Shown piece by piece: positions 1 to 12,100 of a stretch of DNA of 64,000 bases. A program made the position numbers and the translations under genes. Under the pieces are notes generated by a model that saw only the letters and a list, made by a program, of their open reading frames with translations, made no database searches and was not told where the DNA came from. This DNA is from Tubiluchus corallicola (taxonomy: Eukaryota; Animalia; Priapulida), in assembly GCA_030141605.1 (NCBI GenBank), contig JAQGDQ010000229.1, forward strand, positions 186,001 to 250,000, read 5' to 3'. Position 1 is the first letter of the stretch; each line of letters starts with the position of its first letter.

Positions 1-3000
1 CCTGTATTAGCCTCTAGGATAACCCGGCCCTGCGTATATAACGTAAAAAATTTGCATAGAAACAGTAACATACTCGGAAATTGTGGTTAACGCCTTTTAT
101 GTATGGCACATTATCATTAGAAAGACATAGTGTCATCCTTTAACAATTTATTATAACTACATAGAATTATCAAGATCCTACTTTGAATTATGGAATCTTG
201 CAGAGTTTATAAAAAAACCCATTAGCAAGCAACTGTTAATAAAGTTTATCCTGCAGAGAAGCTATTAAGGCCCATTAGATGGCAATTAATCTAACGTTAA
301 GTTTCCCGTGGAATACGTATACACAGCTAGCAATGGTGTACCTTCTTCGCAATGGTGAATTTAACTTATCTACGTGCCATATAAATTTACAAAAACATCT
401 GTTAAGAAGATATATTCGTACAGGGTGTTCCAAAAGCAACAGTGCATTAACGAATGCTACAAGCCAATATTACACCATACAAACTCAAATAGGTGTGGCC
501 ATACTTACATTGGAATGTACACAAACAATTTCTTACTATATAATTACAACTTAGCACCACCGCATTTCTTTTAGCATATTTCAACATATCAGCACATTTT
601 CACTGCACTGTTTCTTTTGAAACACGCTGTAAATCAAACTAATATTTAGCTCTATATTTACCACACCAAAGACTCAATATTTACCACTTACGACATTCTG
701 ACCAATTGGAATTTTGGCCAGAAATAATATAATTACAGGTATTTACATAGTAATCAAAAGCTCTCATTACCTTTTCACTGTGTTACTGCAATTTATAGAA
801 GAAACAATTTGCATGCGACTTCAAATTATAATCACACAGCTGCAAAAGACAAAGCTGGCTTTTTAAGTCTTTTCAAGCAATTATAATTTATTCATTCAAC
901 GTCAATGGGCTTTCCCATATATGCCTAGAAGTCATAATAACAGTCAAAATGTTAAAAGGAATAAATCCAGAACATGTATCATAAACACTACATACCGACT
1001 ATAGTGCTGTGCAATAGTGGTTTGGTCATTGTCTGTGTCTTGGCAATTCAACTTAAATGGTGTTTAATAAACTTTTCAATTCAGCTAATCCATTATCCCA
1101 TCATAAAGTACTGAAAACAAGGTTAAGAAGCTATAACTAATACCACTACAGTACTAAACACTATAGCCAGTGTCCAGTCCATGATAATAATCTAGCCTTG
1201 CCCTAAATTTCTGAGAACGATTAGTAATGACCGTCTGACCAACAGGAAGTTTGGCCATCAGAGCTGCAGTTGGTCAATAAACAAGCGAAAGTGACTGAAT
1301 GAAACTAGGGTTCTCAAAGCAAGAAACGCCACGGAACTTTTCTTGCTGAAAAATGCCACTTTTCTTTCTAATCTAAGTTCTTGAGTTAAGCTTGGTGACA
1401 AACTAAAGTTCTGGCCAAATTCAAGACAATTCTGGGCAATCTGTGAAATACAAAGAAAAGACAACATTTCCACTTAAAAAGCAACAATATGCTAGATACA
1501 AGATATCTGATGAGATTCTGTTGTTTGTCAAAAACGTATTAGCCTGGAGAGGCTAAACTATAGGCATTTTTCTAAAAACCCATGTTGTTTTAAGCTTAAG
1601 TGCAACATAAATGGTGAACATTTCCAAATAGAATCAGCTCTGAGGAAAAGGCAGAGAATGACATAACTTTCTTTACCAAGAGCTTTGAGATTAACTTTAC
1701 ACATTGATGAAAAAGAAAAAGACGGGTAAATGTGCCAGTTTAAGTTCATATGAACAATAAATATAGTAAAATACCTTTTTCAGAAAAATGTGAACTGAAA
1801 ATGTCTCTTCTTACTTCTAATTATGCTATTCTAAATGTATTTAAAAAACTAAAAATTACATAAACTTGCAGTTCGTGTGTCAGCACAAAACGTACAATTA
1901 AGTTTATTCTGCAAAAACGAAATTTCCATTGATCAACGAATGCACTTCTATAACTTCGTGACCGTTTTCGTCTGCAAAGAGCCTAATAAATGGCAAACTG
2001 AGACAGCTAATAGTTCGATAAACAGCTACCCAAACCAAAATTTAATAATCACGATGCCTGGAAATACTGGTAAACTACTTATGTGCAACCTTTCTTACTG
2101 GCGATTGTGTACAAAGTATAATTAGGCTGGGTATTACGCGAGATTAAAGATTCCAGGCAGCTCTTCAAACCACTTCCAGATTAGTATTATTTCTACACCG
2201 CGATACTGCAGCCTGTTCAAGTTTTACCTACACAAATTTGCATGGTTTTACAAAAAGCAAAAAATCGGCCACGCCGTCTAGCATCTCCATTGACTCCTGG
2301 ACCTGCCTTGGCATTAACTAAAGTAAACGTCACACTCAGAAAACTAATTTAGCTACCTTCCTCCGTTTATTTATTCATTCATTCAGTTAAGAGGCAACTG
2401 CTGTATCTTGGAGCATTCCCAAAGGAACGAGTTGCTAGGAGGCGAATATAGCTGTAATTACTATGTTTGCTTGGTGACATTTCTTAGCGTTGGTTTTAAC
2501 CAAAGTTGCTAAAGCATATTTTCACTTTTTTTCATAATTTATGTGCAAGGCATGCATATGGCGCCATCTTGTAGCACGTGTGAAAGTTTATCACCTTTAC
2601 TTAAAATTATTTTACAACTTCACCTTATTGCCGGCAAATAAGCAATCAAGTACCTTTAATGCTGTAGCAGCCACATGCAGCAGTAATTACAAGAACGTTT
2701 GTTCTCGCTAGTTTGATTCCTTATGGTGGCAAAATGCTGGAAGACGTTATTCGCTTACTACAAAAGAATTTCTTCTCAACTCCCAACAAAGTTTGGAAAT
2801 ACTTAGTGTACGCAAAACAACGTAAATACAAGTTTCGCCAACATTACTATGAGACAATCAAGACATTTAACGAAATTCCTATTATCTACTACTTACATTA
2901 TTTGCAGTCACAGTAACCGAAGTCAGTTATACTGCGCACTATAACAGTAACACTACCCCTACATCCCACACAAAATCCAGTGCATTACTAACCGCAGGCA

Positions 3001-3881
3001 CTACAATAACCAGCAGCAGCAAGCAGCACACATACAGCTACAGCAGGGCTGTATGAAGTAAGTTAGTAATCTAGTTATAAGCGTGAAGTGAGCCAGGGAC
3101 AACGCGGCAGTCCGGGAGGTAGCGCTCCAATGCCAATTCCAAAAAAAAACCTGGCACGCGGCCAAATTCTGTTAGGCTGGCAACTCAAACTCTTGAAAGA
3201 CAGAAGGAACTGTAGGAAAAAACAGGCGACCAAAGCTAAAACTGGAACAACGATAATAACAATTAGGCTCAATTTGAAGGTACGTTTGAAGAAACTATTC
3301 TGAATATAATTATGATCATTTCCAATACTCACAGGACTTCAAATTAGTACAATTAGCTATTTTCTATTAGCCCATTACTACAATTGTATAAAAATACATG
3401 TTTTTCCATTAAAGATTTTTTTCAACTGTATGTATAAAGCACATAACCTTGTAAGCAAAATGCCCCAGATTCAAATCTAAGCTATGGTCGAACTTGTTTC
3501 CAAACTTCCTGTTTGGCAACAAAGCTTAATTGTAGGTTTGTACCTTCATAAATAATCTTCAGTCATTAAGATTATAATAATTAATGTATTAATGTATGCA
3601 CCTTTCTCTTGTAGTATTCATTTTTGCGAATAGATGACCTTTTGCATAAGGAAAATTAATATTGAAAATTTGTGGTAGCCTAAGTACTACAGATGTTTGT
3701 AGATGTGATGACATTACAATATGTAGAAAAATCAATAAAAAGAAGGATTATGAAATATTTCACAATAACTGCAATTAATATATTAATGTAAAAGATGGAA
3801 GGAGGACTGCATGACAGTTAAAACCAAATTTAAACACAGATGAAAAAACTTTATCATACTGATGTATAGTATGTTGTACTA

Positions 3882-3990
3882 CGCAGCGGCTATTTTACTA
3901 TTTAAGAAAATAAACTGTTTACTATTGAGGTATAATATGCATACACAGCAGCTATTTTACTATTTAAGAAAATAAACTCGTTTACTATTT
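3882..3990 (+). repeat. Short direct duplication with a core of about 45 bp
   Basis: CAGC(G/A)GCTATTTTACTATTTAAGAAAATAAACT(C)GTTTACTATT occurs twice. Confidence 0.85.
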
Positions 3991-5479
3991 ACTATTTCCT
4001 ACTTATTCTCCATATAACTCATAACATCTGAAATTATTTTAGAGGTCAAGTATGTCCACAGCGTCAAAACAACAACTGTCAAACCATTGTACCAGCTCGG
4101 ATATGTAATTGACAGAATTACAAGACTAATTGTAGAATAAGTTTAGATAGAGAAGAATCCAAAAGCAAGCAGCATGAAAGGTTTCCCTACCATACCGCAT
4201 ACATAAAGGAAAGGAGGTGGCGTTTTTGCGGTCAGTTCATAGACTTCATTATTACAGAGCCACGGGTGAAAAATTCTTGCTAGAAGCTTTGAAAATTGAT
4301 ATTCAAGTGTGGATTGCGGAGTAAAAGAAACCTCCTACTTTTTTTGGTCCCAGTGATCAAAGATGTTTTAAACCTTAATTCAGTCACTTCAATGATCAAT
4401 TCAAAGGCTAGTTACAAGAAGGTGACATTTTCAACTACCAATAGAATAGTTCTACAAAGTCTTGATGTGGAGTACAGAAACTAATTTTAGCATCCTTATG
4501 TTCACAGTGATGCATTTTTAACTCAAGAATTACAGAAATTTTCAAGTACAATAAAATAAAAATTTTATTTTAGAAACCAAAGAATAAAATCAGTTGCTTG
4601 AAATCACTAACGCTCATTCCAGAAAAAATATGATTTCCACAAAACATTTAAATTTGTAAAAGAAATGCAGTTTTCTTTTTTGGTACTCCTTTTGGCCCTG
4701 AAAGAGAAAACTGCAAGCTTTACATGTGTAAATGCGAAGTGTAAGATTACAAAATTCATCGATTATAAAGGCATTTAAGTTCCCTTCTTTTCAGTTTTCT
4801 TCTTTAGTTTTTAGACGATTTTGTCCAGGATTCCGTTTTAAAAACACTAGACTGAAATTATAATCTTATTAGTACGTCAACCAAATAATGTAATGAAAAT
4901 TGATGCTGTTCATTCATTTAGAATTCGCTCGGAAGAATCTGACGTCTTGTCTTATTACTAATAATTTAATTACGAAACGTTGTTAGTGTTGCACATTCAT
5001 TGAGGCACGCAGGCTGTCCAATTCTATCATTGCCACGTCACAGATTTACATAAAATTATTGAGTTAGTAAAACACGCCTGTCGCTTGATTGATTAATTAA
5101 TGCACGGTTGATTACCTACGATCTACAACCAACAAAAACTGAGAAAATCTTTTTCTGGCTAATTCGTCATTGTTTTTCCACAGCAGCGCGAATATGACAT
5201 TTTCTCATTGTGACGAATTCATGGCTGAATGGATGCGCACGTTTTCATGCATGTACGTGTGTATGTAATTTATTGGCCAACAAAATAACACTACAAATTG
5301 CAAGGCTGATATAACAAGTCAGTCCATAACAAGGCACGTTCCTTACTGCTACATCAGTGACATCTCTAACTTAAATAGTGACGTGTGCTCGATGCTAGCT
5401 CACACCGGGCGTATCATTTGCAAACATTTAGCTGCTATTTACTTAGTAGGTGGATGTATAATTGTACATACATACATCT

Positions 5480-5590
5480 AAACATGGCGGAGGCACCTCG
5501 GCCAGTTCAGTGGCTCATCTTAGGGGGATATCCTTGGCAGTCAGTCAAGCTTTGGCCACGCCACAAAAAATGTGTTATGTAGCCCTGCTT
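5480..5590 (+). repeat. Dispersed repeat family (other copies about 17130-17235 +, 33069-33140 -, 52668-52722 +)
   Basis: Shared core TGGC..AGGCAC(C/T)TC(T/G)GC..GTTCAGTGGCTCA.CTTAG..G..ATATCCTT. Confidence 0.7.
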
Positions 5591-7828
5591 CTGAATACTG
5601 GATTTCGGCTTTCAGTGTCTAAGATGCCGAATTGCATAAAAATAAGCTTACTATATCTGTATATATTTGTCTGCAGTCATCATCAGCGACAGACTTATAC
5701 AAACAAACAGTACAATTTGTGCATAATTTTCTGCTCTGCCTATATAACTTGGTTATCTTGTTGTTTGTTTGTATTAAGTCTATCTCAGATGATGAATGCA
5801 GTTGGAGTGGAAACCTTTGGAGACGTGTTTTTTAAACAGTTATAAATTAAAGTTTTAATAAAAGTTATGTTGTTTTAATAAATGCTTTGAAGTGCCTGTA
5901 TAAACTGACGAGGACAATTAAGCAAGTGACAGGAATTGCTTGAAGCAGTTCCTGTATTTTAAGTAATTTTTGGGACCTTAATTTGCAAGCTTTTTGTTTT
6001 ATGTGCATCAGTTTCAACAAATTTCAGACATTTTGGTAAAGATATTGTAATTAAGACAGAATGACAAATTCGTGTGATGCCACTTTAATAAATAATAATA
6101 AAAAATACACTCAGCAAGTTAATTGTTATCTTCACTGCCATGTGCCCATACACGCTTACTTGTAGATCTCCTTTTTCTTAACGGTGCCGGATTATGTATC
6201 CCCTAAAACTGTCCAGGACAAATGAAATCCCTTTCAATGACTCCTCATTCAAGTGTTTTTTATCCGTTGGATTTACGATTTACTTACGTCAAAAACCTCA
6301 TTCTAAACTCACTCTCCTTTTTGCAATTCATCTCAATCTAATACATGCAATATCCTACAAACTTCGATTTTAAATTTGTCAGCAGGGACATAATTACACG
6401 TAATACACTCTCAGTGAAGATAAAAGCTACTGGCTACTTCTAGATAAAAGACGGTTAACAATTATAAAAAAATTCACAAGTAGAGTCTCTGTTTGTAACA
6501 AATGGGTGTTCTACCTGTTGTATTGTAAGCAACACAAATTTCATGATCACATTTTCTTGCAACATACCAATAAAAATTAAGATTTAAAATAAAGTACAAA
6601 GACTGTTGAACAATCACCTCTGCGAAGAGCTTGCCCGAAAGTGTGATGGATTCTACGTGACACAGCGAAACAATTCAAGCTACACCAGGATCTATTAGTT
6701 CATTAATCATCTTTGCAGGTGGCAACACTAATAATACGAATACTTTCTTATTGTGCATCATTCACAAATAAACCAGCCAACTAACAGGATGCTAAAGCTA
6801 TGCTTTGTAACAACATTGACCAAGCACTAATGCATTTATAAACAGGGACAGGATGAGAAATGAAAGCAGTACTTCACAAAAAACAGAATGAAGTATGAAA
6901 TGCAAACATTCTGTAAGGATACTATAGTAAAAAATACCATCTACACAACACATGAACAAAACTGTGAAGACGACCATACTACCACATCTCACGGAAGTGA
7001 AGGTAATCTTATTGGATACTACTTTAATTTAACCAATGCACAATGCATGTGTGGAATGCATTACGTTAATGCGGTCAATTGTTGAGTGGACTACTACCAC
7101 GTCAAAAAATAATTAAAACAAATGCTTACATGTGATTGTGAAAAATTCAAACACCTTTCTTCTGATTAGAAGCAAAAGCAAACTTTGTGGAAAAGAAGTA
7201 TTATAACCAAGACTTTTCTCCTGTTTCCGTGTAAGCAAGGACAATGGAGTCACCTTTCAGCAAGAACATTAGAATTTAACCTAAAGGCTAAGCAATGAAG
7301 CCTTGTGTGTACAATTAGTTTTGTGATGGGATGCACTTCATTAGTGTGCAAACACAGAAGAAATCTCCAATTAATTTTCTTTTGGAAACAAAGACAAAAG
7401 ACTAGTTATGAGTGAACTTGAGAAAGAGTGACTTGTATCAGTTGACACAAGATCTTCTTACGTCTATATGGCTAAAGAGAAGAGACTGTAACAGAGCGTG
7501 GAAGAAAAGTTGGCAAAACTTCCTTTGTGCATGTTCGTTTGCCTTCATTTAATCATTTTATATAATTGTCATGTGATCTGTTCCTTAAAGCATAGGGAAA
7601 CCTTTCACTTACATGAAGCTTATAAAATTTGTCTTGATATTTTGTATCACTTATATGTTGTCTTGTTGTATACGGGGCTTGTGTCGGCCGTAACGCTGTA
7701 TAAAAGGTGTAAATTTAAACTCCCGGGATGACCATTAGGCGCAGCCATTTTGATGGAAAGGTCGCTTGAAACAAGTATGAAAAAATAATCAGAGTATTTG
7801 TAGCATATACGTTGCTAACTAAATAAAA

Positions 7829-8690
7829 TTTTAAATTACTGTATCCTGTCAATAAGATTTAGAATACGTTTTGGTTAGTGAGTAGCGCACCCTGGAGGGT
7901 GAGTCAGCAACATTTTACCAATTGGCACAAACATTTTAAATTATTACTTCTAGTTACACCAGTCTTTCCAGCAAGTAAGTGAAATGCTAAGTAATATAGA
8001 TTTGCACGGAAAGTTTTTTGGGACATAATTTAACATAGTTATGCCCTTTCTTCCCCCGATTTACATTTGCATATTGGCGTCATGTAACGGCGCCATCGGA
8101 ACAGTATTGCAGGAGATTTAAAACGAAAACAAAGAAAAATTCCTTTCAACACGAGTAAGATATACACATAAAATTGATATGAAGTAATATAATTTTTTAA
8201 GCCAATTTCTCTGAAACCTATTTCAGGTGCCTCCTTTTTTGTCCTTTAAGCAAAAGTTTAAATTACTGTACTGTATCTTGTCAATGGATTAAAAATATGT
8301 TTTTTGGCAAGTGAATGGGCCCCATAGAAAGTGAGTCAATGACATTTTATGAATTGGCTCGAACATTCTAAATTATTAAAAACTTTATTTTCTAATTACA
8401 TTTTCTAATTACTAGTCTTTCAAGCAAGTAAGCGAAATGCTAAGTAATACAACTTTGCAAGGAAAGTTTTTTGGGTCACAGTTTAATATTGCCTTTTCTT
8501 ATCCGATTTACGTTTGCATAGATGACATCATGTAATATCTCGGTTGGAACAGTACCTGGGAAATTTAAAATGAAAACAAACAAAAATTCCTTTTAATGCA
8601 AGTACAACATATGCTTAAAATTGCTACAAATATAATTTTTAAGGCGATTTTTCTGAAACCTACTTCAAGATCCCTTTTCGTGTCCTTCAA
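7829..8690 (+). repeat. Diverged tandem duplication of about 425 bp (7829-8249 and 8257-8690), probably the end of a TTAA-type DNA element
   Basis: The copies align from TTTAAATTACTGTA to CTGAAACCTA..TGTCCTT(T/C)AA. Confidence 0.8.
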
Positions 8691-8890
8691 CTTATAGTTT
8701 TTTGTCCTGATTAGTTTTTTAATTTATAAATAATGCTATTGCAATCATCAGTAATTTTCGTTTGAAAATAACTGCCATGTTATCCTGTGATCTTTGTATT
8801 ATACGTGACATGTAAATATGAGGTAAATAAAGACGATATCTATCCATCTGTCTAAAATTTTCATGTAACTATTCACTTTGTCAGACACAT

Positions 8891-8896
8891 TTTATT
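8891..8896 (-). other. Probable polyadenylation signal of TMA16
   Basis: AATAAA on the minus strand about 230 nt downstream of the TMA16 stop codon. Confidence 0.5.
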
Positions 8897-9122
8897 GTAA
8901 ATGTGTATTTTGTTAAAATTGTAAAAGAATACAAAGTTTCATTCCTCCAGCTGATGCAGCAAAGTGAAAACCACAAGCAAAAACTGTTCAGAAACAACAA
9001 ACGGATGTTTCTTAATTCATGTGCAAGGAAAAAATCGAATACCATACCTATTGCCACACAAATGATAAAATTTTTCATTAAATGTTATTTTTAAAGCAGT
9101 ACTAACATTAAAACTTTCATTA

Positions 9123-12100
9123 TCAACTATTGTCTGATTTACAGATGATTTCCACAGATTCGAACTCGGGTTTACTAGAAAATGCTTTTTCATTGCTCGG
9201 CTGATCGCCTGTCTCACTGACAACTTTTCTGATATTGTCAATAGTTAACGGTTCACAGTGATCTGAACAATCCTCAGCTAATTCAGCTGGTTCAGAAGCA
9301 GGTTTAAGTTTTCTCATCTTGATGTTCTGTGCATAACGCATTTCTCCAGTCCAATTCCTAAAATGCAAGCCTATCATCAGGTTTATACAACAATAAGTCA
9401 CTTGCAGTTGGCCTATCTGCAATCTGCTGGAATACAAGATAAAATAGTCCAATTTCATGACCTTAGTTTAAATATTCTGTAAAACTTTCTGTGCTACACA
9501 TTGCAGGGAAAGTAACGGCAAATTATTGATATAAAATCTCGTTATTAATGAGTTTACGATAAATATCAACGGCGCGACGTTTTGGCCACACTCTTTGGGC
9601 ATTTCTGAATATAATAACGATTAATTTAACATTTCAAAAATCATATACAAGAACTTAACTTGATGGAATTTGTGTAGTGTACAGTGTACAGTAATTCACA
9701 CAAGTTTACAGTGTAGTAGCTGGCTTTAGGTAATTAGTGACTTAGTGACCAGCGCCTTATACAACAAGTGTTCAATTTGAACAGAAACCACCAAAATGTC
9801 CCGGGCCAAAACCAAATTTCACTCACATTTCTATTGTTCAGAAGTATAATTACAAATTTGAATTACATATTGTATGAGGTCACTAATAACATGAAGCCAG
9901 AACTAAATAAACGTTTAGTAATAGTTAAGTAAAGTTTAGTACAGTTTAGACGGGTTTAGTAAATATACAAGGCAGAACACTCTAAACAAGTGAGAGACAA
10001 ATTCCTTCAAGCTATTAATGTTTTAAATGTGACTAAAATGGTTAAGTCCTAAAATGCTGTTTTTGAAATTGCACTGCAAGGTATAAAAATGGTCAACTAT
10101 TCTAACACATACCAACTGACACCAGTTTTATAGTATACACTCATATCTTGGTTTGCCGGACAAAAGCGGGAAGACATCAGTCCGAATTTGCCGATTGTCC
10201 ATATTTACCGATTAAAGCTAATACAGTAGGCACCGTGTATTAAACTCACGGTAATGTAGAATCAATCGACTAATTGTCTCAATAATGTTTAGCACGGGCT
10301 GCTTCTATGCAAAAGTATATAAAAAATTAAAAACTGTTGCTAATTGACTCAAATAACTCCACATAATTGATTTCATATTTTTATACCTAGAGATATACAC
10401 ATGGTTAAACTGATGTAATGATGTAAACAAAGTGACGGCCCGCCACCTAGCAGTCAGCTCGCGAAACATTGGACTGTGTCCGTAGTATGCGAGACTTTTT
10501 AACAGTCTAGATTTTGTCTGATTCTTCCGAAATCCGTGAAAGCGAGATCCGGCAAACCGAAACGTGAGTGTACTTGCATTAAAAGATGCTGATTCGGTAC
10601 AATAGCAAGAGAAATGGCTTTTATTTTTTAAACAGTTTCTGCAGTCAAAATTCGTATGAATTTCGAGGCAGCAATGAGTCGAGTATTAAAGAAATTTATA
10701 GGCTCAGTGTCAACTCAGGCATAATATCAAAAGAAAGGACATGACGTACCGAAATAACTTTAGATTTTTGCCATTGACTATGTCAGGAATTTCTGTAACA
10801 AAAATTTTATGAAATTTATTTACTGGTTGTTATAAAATATAAAACATTGTGCACTGCATTCTTACCCTAGAAATAATATAGCCTATTCCGTAGGAACAGA
10901 CATTAAAAATGAGTGATAAAATTAATAAATACCCGTGAAATTTTTTGGAATCTCAATATCAGCAGTTACTGTTGCTATGAAGCATAAAAGCAAAACGTTT
11001 GCAATAATTGCCTAAGTTTTCTTTGCTAAAAATGATCCACATGACAAAATTAAGCAAACCAAATTACCGAATGCACCATTTTTATACTCCGTTCGGTCTC
11101 TATCAATAGTCATCTGGATAGCATCTCGTCTTGATGAATGCTGCGTTCCTTTTCTGTTGCCAACACTGTTGATAAGGTCTATTTGCTCAAGCTCCTCATC
11201 AAAACGATGGAAGTACCTAACAGAAAAAGCAAAAATTGATCCGTACTATTTACACTAGTTTGCTCCCACAACAAATGCTTTGAAGTTGCAGTGAATTATA
11301 CCGAGTATTTTAGTTGGCAACTCATGACTGAACTGAACAGTATTAGAATCATTTGCATTCAGATCACAAAACAGTTTGGCGATTTTACACGCACAAACTA
11401 ATTAAATGTATATGAGTTAGACGTAAAGAGCAGGAACTCGAGTGGTCATGGATTCAAAGTGTTGTGCCAGTTAGTCAAAAAGCTAAGCAACAGTTGGCCT
11501 GGCTAATAAGTCGGTGATTGCACGGAAAATCAAATGCAGATAGTAGCTTTACCTTCAGCTAATTATCTTGTGACGGAGCATATACATACAGCCAAATGTG
11601 GCTAAGGAGCTCTCTTCCAGAAGAGAATTCACTTTAGATAAATAAGCTATTCAGTTATAATACTAGAACGACACAAATATATTACATACTGTTCTACTAA
11701 ACTGCATGCTTCAGCAGTAGTGTACTGTGTTTTTTCTGGTTTTAGATGCTCTTGAAACCATTTTAACTTTGTTCCAAGCAACTCCAGTTTCTTTCCTTTT
11801 TCTAACACTGATCTAAAAAATATTAAAAACTTGAAGCAAACTTCAATGACTAGCCACTAATGTACACTAAAACAGTGTCATTCATTACAAAATCCTGTAA
11901 GAAATCCAAGATGTTCAGGAAATATTATGAACGACTTTGGGTTTTCACAGCAATAGTTACATGTTTGTTTGTAGTGAAATACATCAACTGACATACAACA
12001 AACAATGCAAGTTATGGCTTTAATTCTTTTAAATTTTATTATTAAGCTTACCTTGATTTTGACTGTCAAAAATGCAAACTCACACCTACTACATTGATGT

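Noticed and set aside
1123-1473. Minus-strand ORFs including MDWTLAIVFSTVV (signal-like) and CTC TGA TGG (antizyme-like frameshift site)
   Set aside because: No in-frame downstream exon, and the +1 frame closes quickly.
1507-1540. Hammerhead-like CTGATGA
   Set aside because: Lacks the GAAA core and convincing stems I-III.
6150-6660. Several good minus-strand splice sites suggesting small coding exons
   Set aside because: No consistent open frame could be assembled.
279-8880. Remaining short ORFs from the track in the left region, and antisense ORFs over DLG5 and KAT8 exons elsewhere
   Set aside because: No recognisable protein motifs; consistent with chance ORFs or shadows of real exons.
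9570-9610. Possible Penelope-type hammerhead relic on the minus strand
   Set aside because: The CTGANGA and GAAA core residues are not intact.
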